Source: Octopus vulgaris
Taxonomy: Eukaryota
Assembly: GCA_951406725.2 (NCBI GenBank)
Contig: OX597822.1
Location: forward strand, 30,690,001-30,754,000
Direction: 5' to 3'
DNA: 64,000 nucleotides
Shown here: in pieces, positions 12,687 to 25,949 of the stretch
How positions within the stretch are numbered: position 1 is the stretch's first letter
How the letters are laid out: each line of letters begins with the position of its first letter
Notes under the pieces: model-generated
What the model saw: the letters and a program-made list of their open reading frames with translations, nothing else
Told to the model about the DNA's origin: nothing
Databases searched by the model: none
Program-made: the position numbers and the translations under genes

Positions 12687-12896
12687 TATATATATATATA
12701 TATAAATAAAACATATGCATATATACATACATATATGTACGTACCTACCTCTACATGTATATATACATGCATATATGGGTACAGGACACCCAAAAAACGT
12801 CGAACACAATAAGAAACGAAAACATAAACATATATATATATATATATATATACATTCATTCATTCATACACACATACATACATATACATTATTACC

Positions 12897-13254
12897 CTTT
12901 CTCTTTTACTCTTATACTTATTTCAATCATTTGGCTGCGCTCATGCTGGAGCACCGGCTTTAGTGGAGCAAATCGACCCCAGGACATTCTTTGGAAGCCT
13001 AGTACTTATTCTATCGGTCTCTTTTACCGAACCGCTAAGTTATGGGGACGTAAACACACCAGCATCGGTTGTCAAGCGATGTTGTGGGGACAAACATAGA
13101 CACACACATATATACATATACATGTACACGACGGGCTTCTTTCAGGTTTCGTCAACCAAATCCACTCACAAGGTTTTGATCAGTCCGACTTTATAGTAGA
13201 AGACAGTTGCCCAAGGTGCCACGCAGTGGGAATGATCCCTGAACCATGTGGTTG
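12897..13254 (-). mobile_element. SINE family C
   Basis: Reverse complement of the 8885-9275 family. Confidence 0.85.
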
Positions 13255-13483
13255 GTTGACCAAAAGTCACCTGACAGTAAATCAAGATTCCATAAATACT
13301 TAATATTCAATTTTATTTATTCATTCCAACTATGAATGTTTACAAGAAGGATTTCAGTTTGAACAATTTTCATGGCGTTTCATATTTAGATGCTCTCATT
13401 GAATTCATTCAGTTGTTAAACATGAATAAATCTGGGAAATAAATGGGTTTGATTTACTGTCAGGTGACTTTTGACCAACACTG
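13255..13483. mobile_element. Tc1-type MITE
   Basis: TIRs gttgaccaaaagtcacctgacagtaaatcaa / ttgatttactgtcaggtgacttttgaccaacactg followed by TA. Confidence 0.82.
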
Positions 13484-13798
13484 TATGTCGCATGTTATAC
13501 ATTAAACTTTATAAGCAAGAGAAAACATGATGGATTGAACAGCGAAAGGAATGAAGGTTCTGACCTGAGGATTATGAGACACAAATTTATTCAAAGCTTT
13601 TCATGTTTATATAATTATGGCATTACACAAGCTGTAGAAAATGTCATGAAAGATCTCATGCAGTCTGAGTGCTGGGGATTAATCATACATCTTATTTCAA
13701 ATAAATAATATTTGTGCCAAGTAAAAGAAGAGAAAAGAAAGAAGACATTTGAGGAAGTTTGTATTGGCAGAGGCGCTTTTATATGATGACATAGGTAA

Positions 13799-14358
13799 GG
13801 CGGCGAGCAGGCAGAATCGTTAGCACGATGGGCGAAATGCTTAGCAACATTTCGTCTGCCGTCATGTTCTGAGTTCAAATTCTGTCTACGTCGACTTCGC
13901 CTTTCATCCTTTCGGGGTCGATAAATTAAATACCAGTTACGCACTGGAGTCGATATAATCGATTTAATACGTTTGTCTGTCCTTGTTTGTCCTCTCTCTG
14001 TTTAGCCCCTTGTGGGTGGTAAAGAAATAGGTATTTCGCCTGCCGTTACGTTCTGAGTTCAAATTCTGCCGAGGTCGACTTTGCCTTTCATCCTTTCGGG
14101 TCCGATAAATTAAGTACCAGTTACGTACTGGGGTCGATCTAATCGACTTAATCCGTTTGTCTGTCCTTGTTTGTCCTCTCTGTATTTAGCCCGATGCGGG
14201 TAGTAAAGAAATAGGTATTTCGTCTGCTGATACGTTCTGAGTTACATATCCGACGAGGTCGACTTTGACTTTCATCCTTTCGGGGTCAATTGCGTAATGG
14301 GGTCGATCTCATCGACTGTTCCTCTTCCCCAAAATTTTAGGGTCTTGTGCCTAGAGTA
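13799..14358 (+). mobile_element. SINE family A array, 3 units at 184-bp period
   Basis: Unit starts at about 13847, 14031 and 14215; the last unit carries the old tail. Confidence 0.88.
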
Positions 14359-14618
14359 TATTATATATCTTGCCTGTTTTGTTTTCCTATTTGTTTCTTT
14401 CGTTGTTGGCAAAAAAAATGTTCTTCTATGTTTTCGTATTTCATTTTCTCGTTTTCAGGTTGTTTAAGTCTTTTGACGTCCTGCATGTGTATATACATAT
14501 ACATGTAAGTATGAACATGTATGTATGTATGTATGTATGTATGTATGTATGTATGTATGTATGTATGTATGTATGTATGTATGTATGTATGTATGTATGT
14601 ATGTATGTATGTATATAA

Positions 14619-14659
<41 letters not shown>

Positions 14660-14663
<4 letters not shown>

Positions 14664-14788
14664 AAGTAGTAAATAAATGGCACAACTAAGTACCGATATT
14701 TACTTAGTTGTGCCATTTATTTACTACTTTGTGTATTTTTCCCTCACGGGCTATTCTTTACTGGAAGGCGATACTTTGTATTGCATTA

Positions 14789-14790
<2 letters not shown>
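14660..14790. mobile_element. Small fold-back element inside (TA)n
   Basis: Perfect ~32-bp inverted arms 14661-14692 / 14701-14732. Confidence 0.7.
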
Positions 14791-14841
<51 letters not shown>

Positions 14842-14899
14842 TATATCATTATATGACTGAACGTCACGCACCTATTTCCAACTATATATATATATATAT

Positions 14900-15350
<451 letters not shown>

Positions 15351-15354
15351 TTAA

Positions 15355-15399
<45 letters not shown>

Positions 15400-15401
15400 G
15401 C

Positions 15402-15446
<45 letters not shown>

Positions 15447-15484
15447 GCTATTATTATTATTATAGCTATTATTATTATTATAGC

Positions 15485-15527
<43 letters not shown>

Positions 15528-15555
15528 GGTATTATTATTATTATTATTATTATTT

Positions 15556-15915
15556 TGTCCCACTGCTATATCCTGGGACTGACGAAAGCATCGTGGGTGG
15601 AGATGGTAGACGGAAACTCAAAGAAGCTTGTCGTATGTTTGTGTGTTTGTGAGTGTGTCTCTCTGTGTGTCTGTGTGTCTGTATGTGAGTTTGTGTATTT
15701 ATACGTTTGTGTCTATGTTCTTCCCCGCAGCCCACCAAACATCGCTTGACAACTGAGGCTCGTGTGTTTACGTCACCATTACTGATCAGTTTGGCAAATC
15801 TGATGATAGAGTAAGTACTAGGCTTACAAAGAATAAGTCCTGGGGTCGATTTCTTCGGCTAATGCTCCAGTATAGCCGCAATCAAATGACTAGAATAAGT
15901 AAAGGAATAAAAGAA
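15556..15915 (+). mobile_element. SINE family C, degenerate
   Basis: ggtagacggaaact...cgcttgacaac...gaataagtcctggggtcgat. Confidence 0.75.
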
Positions 15916-15947
15916 TATATACATATGCACACACACGCACATGTCTA

Positions 15948-16022
<75 letters not shown>

Positions 16023-16059
16023 GTATCTATCTATGTATCTATCTATGTATCTATCTATG

Positions 16060-16120
<61 letters not shown>

Positions 16121-16559
16121 GTCTATCTATCTATTTATCTATCTACATAAATACATACACACACATACACACACACATACGCGCGTGCGTGCTCACAAAC
16201 ACTCAGTCACACACACACACACACACACACACGCACGCACGCACATATATATGTATATATAATGTCAAACATCTTATTTGTGATATTCACAAATATTTCG
16301 AAGAAGAACAAATATTTTCTCATTAAAATAGGGAAATGAAAAGAAAGCTTAAATGAAGTTAAGAATGTCATTAGCAATGGAAGAGATAGACTGAAGAGTC
16401 GCCTCGGTGTACGAGATAGACATTGAAAACCAATTTTCACAAATATTCGCCATTCCGTATCACCATTAGATATGGTGCGAACCAATGTTCACACAATAAG
16501 AAATAGATATTAAACAACGCTATTGTTCATAAAGACACTGTTATTTTACTTGCTAGGTC

Positions 16560-17000
16560 TAGACGAAGAAGCGAAGCCCATGGTCTTCTCTATTTAGACT
16601 TCCTAAATCGGTAAGAATGATGGCTTCTTGGACGCTCTACAAGTCAACACTTATATCTTGATAAGTTTTGAGTAGTTAGAGAATTTTTGATGTAAGATGT
16701 TGCCGGAAGGGAAGTTTATTATTGTTGGGTATAACATCGGTGGTGATAGAAGAGGCAATTTTTATGGCAATGCTTGAGAGGTGTTGGCATCAACTCCGCC
16801 ATTACAGAGGAGCAGACAAACTTATCATGGCTTTAGAGAGGAAGAGACAGGAGAGAGTGCAACTGTGAGATGGAAATTGGAAAGAGTCTACAAGTAACTT
16901 TGTGTTAACCAGTCGGGCAGCTCTTTTATGGATGTGATCTAAAATATTTGTACACGTAGATGTGAGAGCGATTCTCAGTTGTGGGCCCCATGTGCATTTT
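16560..17000 (-). mobile_element. Decayed CR1/I-group LINE ORF2 C-terminal fragment
   Basis: Minus-strand peptide LDHIHKRAARLVNT resembles the LD.VQRRA.RL motif. Confidence 0.45.
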
Positions 17001-17502
17001 GTAGAGTATCAATAACTTTAAAAAATATATAATAAATTTGATGATCTAACAATTATATGTAGTCCAGACTGTAAATGATTGGAAAATGATCGTATCAGGT
17101 TATTGAAGTGCATTGTGATATCTAATCACGCTATGTTTTAAGTTTGTATTTCTCCGTCATCTGCATCACTTAAAATCGTTGCTTGAATAAATACAAATGA
17201 TATATATGTTAGATTTTATAGCTCCTCAGTTACAGTTTGACGGCCCCTATCTAAGAAATGATTTTCAAATCTAATATTGCCTACATCTTGCAGGCCTAAG
17301 TTTGCGTTTCACACATTTTAACCATTTTCTATAAAATGAAACATCTACGTGGAGTATTCTAGTTAGATCTAAAGCAGATTTCTCTCCCGTAGAGCCTCAT
17401 CCCACATAAGTCGTGCATGCTCATGATTTTGTTACATTACGTATTCAATTTTCGTATGATTCCTACTTACAATCACTTGTCACTAACTAGGTAGAGATAA
17501 AG

Positions 17503-17842
17503 AGTCCCTTCGCTCAAGAATGACAGTTGGAATGCACCTAGAAAGTTCCCCTCTAAAGCACAAGTCTGGGCAAGGATGTTTATGGAAGACCAGCAGTCGC
17601 CTAATCATACTAGCCTTCACTCTCCACGCCAACGATGTTATCCAAGGGAAAAGCAAAGGCCGTTACAGCCCATAGAGTCGATACAGTTTGACACCAGTGA
17701 CGTCGCAACTCATTTCTACGGCTGAGTGAACTGGAGCAACGGGAAATAAAGTGTCTTGCCCAAGAGCGCAACTCACAGCCCTATCCGGGAATCGAATTCA
17801 GTACTTCATGTTTGTGAGCCCGACGCTCTAACCACTCAACCA
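17503..17842 (-). mobile_element. tRNA-headed SINE family N
   Basis: Homologous to 27717-28067; central TTGCTCCAGTTCACTCAGCyGTAGAAATGAG. Confidence 0.8.
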
Positions 17843-18761
17843 AGCTAATTTCGAGCTTGTAGCACTGATCTGGATACAGCATTGTACGAATGCTTAAGAA
17901 GTTCGCTTTGCGATCGGGTTTGGTGTTAGTCCCACTGCATAGCATCGTGGTCAAGTTATAATTACAATTATCTTGGACCGGTATAATCCTCGCAAATTTA
18001 ACTGGAAAGCAGAAACTATGCAGAGGGCGTCAGATGAATTGCACATGTAATTTAAAAGCTAGCCTTCTCATACGCTGTGTCATGCTGACTCTACTTGAGA
18101 ATTATGTTGATACCATACATGTCCGAGGAATACTCTGCCACTCACACGCTATTTCAATGATCGAACAATGATCGAACGATAATTCCTGCGATCAAACAAG
18201 TGAAATTGTTTGATCGCTTAAAAGCGATGAAAATTCAATTAATTTTTTTCTTGACTAATTCACTGAGTGATTGATAGCTGAAATCTCTTCTTGCAAGGCC
18301 CTTGGCTGGAGACTACAACAGCTTGCAAAACCGTTGACCTTTTATTTGAGTAAACGATATTCTATAAGCTGTGCTAGATTCATTTCTGGCTCACATGAAA
18401 ATATAATCCGAAAAAGCTTACATGTAAATAAACGTTCTGACGCATTTGACCTCCAACCAACATTATTATGTGCTGACAGGCAAATCGTCTGACGCTATGC
18501 AGTTCCTAACCATCCTACATGAAAATACGTACAGTTGCATGTAATTAATAACATATAACACTGTTCGAATGGCACCCATCATATAAGAGGTAACTATGGA
18601 TATATGATTTCGCCACTCACAATATAGGGTATATGTGTAGTAATTATTTAAGTGCTGCTACATAATGCTGAACTGATATTAATTAATATGAAATATTCTT
18701 CACCTTCAAACTAAATAAAACAAATTTCTTTGTACATTTGCAAAAAATGTGTTATTTTCCT

Positions 18762-18925
18762 AGGCGCAGGAGTGGCTGTGTGTTAAGTAGCTTGCTTACC
18801 AACCACATGGTTCCGGGTACAGTCCCACTGCGTGGCATCTTGGGTAAGTGTCTTTTACTATAGCCTCGGGCCGACTAAAGCCTTATGTGTGGATTTGGTA
18901 GACGGAAAATAAAAGAGGTCCGTCG

Positions 18926-18928
<3 letters not shown>
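18762..18928 (+). mobile_element. SINE family C 5' half
   Basis: Near-consensus head and core ending in (TA)n. Confidence 0.85.
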
Positions 18929-18956
<28 letters not shown>

Positions 18957-19029
18957 TACATATATATTTTAAATGCAACACAAGAGAGACACTTGCTCCT
19001 TCTGAAGGTTGACTCAACGTTTCGTGCCC

Positions 19030-19951
19030 AAAGATGTTTTGGCCAAACCCCAGAAGAATTTATTGAGAATGAAGATTGCTAAATCGTATGGGATACAATG
19101 ATTTGAAATAAACATCACATTAGACATTGAAAACTTGACATTGTTGTAGCGAATAGAAAAGAAGAAAAATATACCTGATAATCGACATAACGTGTCCTGG
19201 TGACAAGAAGATCGAAGAGAAAGAAGAAAAAGTGAACAACTCTCCTCTGTAGAATTATTGAAGCATGATCAGTAAACAAGCATCACCTTAGTCTGTTGGC
19301 TGAATGCAGCCGACACTTTCCATGGTAACCAGGAAAATAGTTAGGAGCAATTGAGCACAAACAAGCATGTTCTAGAAATACGTCGGAGAAATTTGAATTG
19401 ACATGAGTACCAGACAGTAGCTCTCATGTTTCCTGATCTTAACTGATTGGAAGTGTTATCATGTAAATTTTTTTTATCTTAGTATAAAAGATGAGCTACA
19501 GCAAATATTCTGCACAATACCACAGATTTACTTGTCAGTTGTTTGATCTTAACTAGTTGAGTTTGTCCCTTAGTGGCTGACGATATGTGCATCTTTGACC
19601 ACGAGCAGAAGTAGTGAGGGAACACCATAGCCATGTGTTGAAAGGAATCCTTTGGAGTTTGCATGATTCACATTTTAGAAACATGGGTCTTTCGTTCAAA
19701 ATCTTTCAGAAACCCTTATTCAGGGAACTTTTGAGCAGGATGGGCTACTCGACCTAAAGAACTTTCTAACTGGGCCCAACCTGCAAAGTGATTGCGCTGT
19801 TCATCTTAGTATGAGATCACCATGTCGAGCACATATGGTTGTGATGCATGTGCCTGGTGTATCCTTATCGGAGGGGTAGTCATGATGAGTATACTGGGCT
19901 TCGTATATCTTACCCCAGTGTCATTTTGATGGCATGCACTGCTCTCTCACT
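19030..19951 (+). mobile_element. Dong/R4-type non-LTR retrotransposon relic: restriction-like endonuclease remnant plus 3' UTR
   Basis: Translation PEEFIENEDC*IVWDTMI*..KLDIVVANRKEEK / LIIDITCPGDKKIEEKEEK matches the R4-clade RLE pattern (ENE..KILWD..RPDIVV..IIDIA.PGD..KE.EK); stops and frameshifts present. Confidence 0.78.
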
Positions 19952-19958
19952 TACAACA

Positions 19959-20008
<50 letters not shown>

Positions 20009-20044
20009 CACTACTACCACTACTACTACTACTAATAATAATAC

Positions 20045-20617
20045 TATAGAAACAAGGCCTGAAATTTGGTTGGAGGGTACTAGTCGGTTACATCGACCCC
20101 AGTGTTTCAGTGGTACTTATTTTGTTGACCCCGAAAGGATGAAAGATAAAGTCGACCTCGGCTGAATTTGAACTCAGAACGTAAAGACAGACAAAATACC
20201 TATTTCTTTACTACCCACAAGGGGACAAACACAGAGAGGACAAACAAGGACAGACAAACGGATTAAGTCGATTATATCGACACCAGTGCCTAACTGGTAC
20301 TTAATTTATCGAGCCCGAAAGGATGAAAGGCAAAGTCGACGTAGGCGGAATTTGAACTCAGAACGTAGCAGCAGACGAAATACCTATTTGTTTATTACCC
20401 ACAAGGGGCTAAACACAGATGGGACAAACAAGGACAGACATAGGTATTAAGTCGATTACATCGACGCCAGTGCGTAACTGGTACTTAATTTATCGACCCC
20501 AAAAGGATGAAAGGCAAAGTCGACCTCGGCGGAATTTGAACTCACAACGTAACGGCGGACGAAATACCGCTAAGCATTTCGCCCGGCGAGCTAACGACTC
20601 TGCCAGCTCGCCGCCTT
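20045..20617 (-). mobile_element. SINE family A array, 3 units at 184-bp period
   Basis: aaatacc junctions ending at 20200, 20384 and 20568; terminal unit has the old tail. Confidence 0.88.
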
Positions 20618-20944
20618 CAATAATCATGATAATAATGATTTCATTTATTTGCCACAAGGACTAAGGATAAGCGGGACTATACAAAAATATACATAAAGTG
20701 CGGGGGTTTACATACAATGAAACGATTAAAAGAAAGATTCTTAATGACTAACATACATGAAATTCTTGAGTTTAGCGTACAAGAAATTTTATTAGTGATC
20801 ACATCATGAGCTTATTAACTTAGTATTAAACGCTATGCTTTTAATTAACATGTAATAGTAGAACTGGCATCATGTTTTAAATTCTTACGCAAGCAATGAA
20901 GAAAAAAACATCAACGGTATATGAAGAGTGCATATTACTAACCG

Positions 20945-21187
20945 TGGAGGCGCAATGGCCCAGTGGTTAGGGCAGCGGACTCGCGGTCATAGGATCGCGG
21001 TTTCGATTCCCAGACCGGGCGTTGTGAGTGTTTATTGAGCGGAAACACCAAAAAGCTCCACGAGGCTCCGGCAGGGGATGGTGGTGATCCCTGCTGTACT
21101 CTTTCACCACAACTCTCTCTTACTTCCTGTTTCTGTTGTACCTGTATTTCAAAGGGCCGGCCTTGTCACACTCTGTGTCATGCTAAC
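20945..21187 (+). mobile_element. SINE with family R head and a third tail type
   Basis: Head near-identical to 533-660; diverges after caactctctcttact. Confidence 0.8.
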
Positions 21188-21337
21188 CGCTTCTCCTGCA
21201 CCCCCACTTACACAAAACACAAATGTACAACTACAAACAACATATATAGAAAGTTTACGAGAAACGGCCATGCACATACATTCAAGCGCAGTTTATGTAC
21301 ATACATAAATATATACATATATACATGCATGTACATA

Positions 21338-21384
<47 letters not shown>

Positions 21385-21386
<2 letters not shown>

Positions 21387-21552
21387 TATTTATTTTCTCT
21401 TCTTGTTTCTCTCTGTGTTCCTTTCTGTGGAAGAGCGTTGGATCAAAACGTTAAAGACTTTTTCACTTCCCGAGCGTTATAATAATATTTCTGTTTGTTG
21501 TCTACACCACATGTCTTCGTCTTTTCTTTTGTTTTTTTGTGAATTCTCCCCA
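21385..21552 (+). mobile_element. Small Penelope-like derivative (family H3), degenerate hammerhead
   Basis: CTTT-CTGTGGA-AGAGC..AAAACGTT-AAAG at 21421-21456; relatives at 21735 and 55991. Confidence 0.65.
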
Positions 21553-21681
21553 TATATTACACGCTCAGGTGGTCGCACCAGTTGATCCTGTCTCCTCTCA
21601 TCACACACGAACTTCTATTGGACTTTCTACACTTCAGCTGCACCTTCTCCTGCCTATCGATTACACTGGAGTCCTCTGTAC

Positions 21682-21734
<53 letters not shown>

Positions 21735-21735
<1 letters not shown>

Positions 21736-21945
21736 CGGGAAAGTTTACGAAAATAAACAAAAGACGAAGGCAGGTGGAGTACAAACAAACAAATGTATTA
21801 GTATAGCGCTCAGGAATAGAAATAGAAAAAGTCTTTTACGTTTCGAGCCTACTCTCTTCGACAGAAAGATACAAGGAAAAAAACAAGGAGAGAAAAAAAT
21901 GCGTGTAGGAGCTAACGATCTATCATGGAATCCTGATTTCGGACA
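21735..21945 (-). mobile_element. Family H3 element with hammerhead-like motif
   Basis: Minus strand CTTT-CTGTCGA-A-GAGAGTAGGCTC-GAAAC-GTA-AAAG (21833-21868). Confidence 0.7.
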
Positions 21946-22279
21946 TATATATATATACGAGCAAAACGTCCCCCGTCCAATGGACGGTGATGAATCATAT
22001 CTGCTGAATAAAAATCAATCAGTATTTTCGCTTCATTAAAAAAATAATTAAGCATGCCTTTATTTCAATAAAACTTTTGTTGACCCTGAAAGGATGAAAG
22101 ATAAAGTCGACCTCGGCGGAATTTGAACACAGAACATACGACAGACGAAAAAAAAACAAAACAAAATCTTCTTGAGAAACCAAATAGTCTTTCCTTCATT
22201 CATACCAAGTTTGAAGAAAATATCTCTTTTGCATCTTACTTTTTTGGTCTCTTAAATATATTGCATTTTGTGGCATTAT

Positions 22280-22566
22280 TTCAAGCGAGCCGGCTTTTTA
22301 TTGCGCCAACTGCACGTGCATTTTTCTCGCGTACGCATAGTATCGATCGCAACAGCTGATGTACTGCGCGTACAAATGCACGTTCCCACTGCTTTATCGA
22401 TCGCATTCTCACCTGGAATATATTATTGTAATTTTTTCAAGACTTAAACACGCCCTGATACCGTCGTTATCTACATATCAAATTTGAGTGCAATCAGATG
22501 GAGGATGCCCGAAATCCTAGAAGACACAGACAGACAGACAGACAGAATGCATTTTATATAATAGAT
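22280..22566 (-). mobile_element. Non-autonomous Helitron-like element, 5' part
   Basis: Minus strand begins a|TCTATTATATAAAA with (CTGT)n; same family as 49570-49760. Confidence 0.65.
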
Positions 22567-22617
22567 ATATACATATAAATATACATACATGCATGCATAC
22601 ATACATACATACATACA

Positions 22618-22653
<36 letters not shown>

Positions 22654-22901
22654 TCGCCGGTCCAGGTGATCCGAGTAATATCTTATATATACTGTGAAAA
22701 AGTATCATTTTGGTTTTACTTTTTGTCTGGAAGACTTCAGTTGGCTAACAACCGAAAGCGCTAATTAACAAATTCTGACTCTCTCCAAAATTCCGATTGC
22801 CTCGTTTTTTCTCAATGTACAATATCAGTACACCACTTCAAACACTCTATACATACATACATACATATGTACGTACCTACATACATACATACAAACACAC
22901 A

Positions 22902-22947
<46 letters not shown>

Positions 22948-22948
22948 A

Positions 22949-22990
<42 letters not shown>

Positions 22991-23120
22991 GTACATTCCT
23001 CTGTGTGTGCGTGTCAAAGTATGTGTATGTATGTGTAAATATTTATATATATTTATATTATATATGTACGCATATTATGTATATATATATATATATATGT
23101 GTGTATATATATATATACCT

Positions 23121-23439
<319 letters not shown>

Positions 23440-23752
23440 AGTCAATATGCAAACATTATCTTTGTATTTGTATTTATCAATATTTGTTGATTTGTGCATG
23501 CGCGTCAATGTTCAACTCAAGTCAGTTAAAATAAATAAATAATAAAAAAACGGCCTGGTTAGGATTCAATACTTTTCACTTATTTTACTAATAATAATGA
23601 TAAACGCATGGTTGCCATAGAGACAAAAATTTATTCTATATTCTGTGACATTACGTTTAGTAAAACAAGCGAAAGAATTATATACATTTATGTACATACA
23701 AAATCATATACATCATAGAGATATATCGCATATACGTGTGTGTGCATATACA

Positions 23753-23788
<36 letters not shown>

Positions 23789-23881
23789 TAATTATACGTG
23801 TACATGTATATCATATATGCATGTGAGTGTGTTTATATGCATTCATACATACATACATACATACATACATGCATACATACG

Positions 23882-23953
<72 letters not shown>

Positions 23954-24116
23954 AATAAGGATAAGATTGTCATATATATATATATATATATCAGTTTACA
24001 TGTATGATATTTTTGTGCGTATATTTTGGTTCATTCAAATAAACTTTGTAACAATAACTTTAATAGAATACTTTGTATACCGGAAACTGATTGCTTACAT
24101 GTCTGTATATTTTACA

Positions 24117-25949
24117 TTAACTTGCAGATGCAGTTACAGATTTGATTTTCTCTTTGGTCAGATTAGCTACAGTTTTCGTGCAAAGAAAGCAACATGCAAC
24201 CCATAATCCGAAAGTTGCATTTAAAAGCACGTAGAGTGTCCGAAGAAATTGTACATCTGATGTGATTGAAATGTATCCAAAAATCCACATAGCTCCAGTG
24301 AGGCAACATAATTTCATGTTTATGATGATGGTGAACATCGTCTGCTTTCTCGGCTGAGTCTTAATGACAGCTCGAGCTTTACAAATTTCGGAAGCAGTGC
24401 GTATATAAACTATTATATTGATGAAAATTATCACAGCCATCGGAATGTCGAAAAAGATTAAAATACTCAGTGGCGTATTCATCCAGCAAAAAGTACCTCG
24501 CCCGTATTGAGGTGCGAACTTAGATGTCGGGTCGTACCTGTCCAGTAATAATGCAGGCATTATAATGAGTAAAGGGGTAAACCAAGCGTAAAGGGAGCAT
24601 AACAAAAATGTTCTATTCTTGTTCAAAAGCATTACATGATGGGCAGTTCTGTGGCAAATTGATATGCAAACACTAATACTTATGACATTCATCCAGAAAA
24701 AGGATGCCAAAAAGGAATATTGTATACATACAGCAAACCAATGACAGAAACCTGGTAATTCTCCAGCCAGTAATACAATTAGGAAACATGAATCGGCGAT
24801 AAATAATGACAATGCAAATGAAGCGTTAATTTGACCCGATAGGTTTCGGAGTGGCGGTAAAACAAGGTACATGATGAAGAACACAGCTAAAGCTATAACA
24901 GAGATCATAGTTCCAATCAATGATACATAGAATTCAGATTCCGTAAGAATGATAGTTCCTCCATATCTAGGACTATCTAAAACGCGTTCTTGGCAAATAT
25001 AAACACGGCTGTTATTTATAATATAGAAATCCTGACTGTGAAAACTTTCAGTAGCGTTGTGGAAAAGGGTTTGGTTTTCTAAAAGAAAATACTCGGTAGA
25101 ATTTAGTTCGATTAATGTTGTACAGTTTAGACGATCGTTTTTGGTAATACGATTAGCATCGTACGACTTACGGCACTTGCCTAAATAATGATCAAAAACA
25201 GAATTTTCAGGACAAAGATTATCTCTTTTTCTCTTGTTATTTGTGTCCCAAAAGTTTTCACCGTTGAAGTCGATAAGTATCCCGAATGAAATTTTGTCTC
25301 GTGTAAAATATTTATTTTCTATATTTCGTGCTACATGCTTACTATAAGAATTGCAGCACAGGTTTTCATAAAACAGATCACGAGAACTTTCCTTTAAAGC
25401 TTTTTCCTTTTGATCATTGCAACAGCAATCGATAGTTTTCGGACAACGATTGATATCAAAAGGAAAAGGGGGATGTACAAATATGTACTCACATTTACTT
25501 GTATTAAATGTGATATTCGGATATTTTATATAATTTAAACAATCCCAGCTGTTTATTCGCAAATTCCAGAATATAAAATCATCCTCTTTATTGCATAAAG
25601 CGCAGTATTTATTTCCATAAACTTTCGCTGTTTTAAGACTGGTAACATAAACATTAAATAATGATGAGTTGCTTTTAGATTCACACTTTTCTCTAATTCT
25701 TTTATCGTCCACATATTCTTCACTGCAATTCTTGATAAGATTGAAATTTGAGACATAATGATCGTACATCTCTTCTAAGCTGTAACTGTTATTAGCATAG
25801 TGGAAGTCACCACAGACACAGCTTCTATTTTCCTTCGATTCACATTTAACATCCGAACATGATAATGCGTTTGCCTCGGGTATCGTTACCCAAAGGCTAA
25901 GAGATGTATTGGTGAATAGTAGCAGAAAACATAACCATAACGAATTCAT
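24117..25949 (-). CDS. Intronless 610-aa class B-like (Methuselah-like) GPCR, paralogue of 5064-6980
   Basis: Signal peptide; YGNKYCALCN..FWNLRI motif (paralogue YKNMFCALCN..FWNIRI); SFGILIDF vs SFAVLLNF; VYICQERVL vs VYICRDRIL; 7TM with YSFLASFFW, W.TP...P..LLD.Y.P, YG..FCWMN, INMKLC.LTG..W, LN..FGLWVA. Confidence 0.92.
   Translation of the reverse strand: MNSLWLCFLLLFTNTSLSLWVTIPEANALSCSDVKCESKENRSCVCGDFHYANNSYSLEEMYDHYVSNFNLIKNCSEEYVDDKRIREKCESKSNSSLFNVYVTSLKTAKVYGNKYCALCNKEDDFIFWNLRINSWDCLNYIKYPNITFNTSKCEYIFVHPPFPFDINRCPKTIDCCCNDQKEKALKESSRDLFYENLCCNSYSKHVARNIENKYFTRDKISFGILIDFNGENFWDTNNKRKRDNLCPENSVFDHYLGKCRKSYDANRITKNDRLNCTTLIELNSTEYFLLENQTLFHNATESFHSQDFYIINNSRVYICQERVLDSPRYGGTIILTESEFYVSLIGTMISVIALAVFFIMYLVLPPLRNLSGQINASFALSLFIADSCFLIVLLAGELPGFCHWFAVCIQYSFLASFFWMNVISISVCISICHRTAHHVMLLNKNRTFLLCSLYAWFTPLLIIMPALLLDRYDPTSKFAPQYGRGTFCWMNTPLSILIFFDIPMAVIIFINIIVYIRTASEICKARAVIKTQPRKQTMFTIIINMKLCCLTGAMWIFGYISITSDVQFLRTLYVLLNATFGLWVACCFLCTKTVANLTKEKIKSVTASAS

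Noticed and set aside
13799-14358. Regularly spaced repeats as CRISPR array or satellite
   Set aside because: Whole 184-bp units repeat with no unique spacers; eukaryotic SINE context
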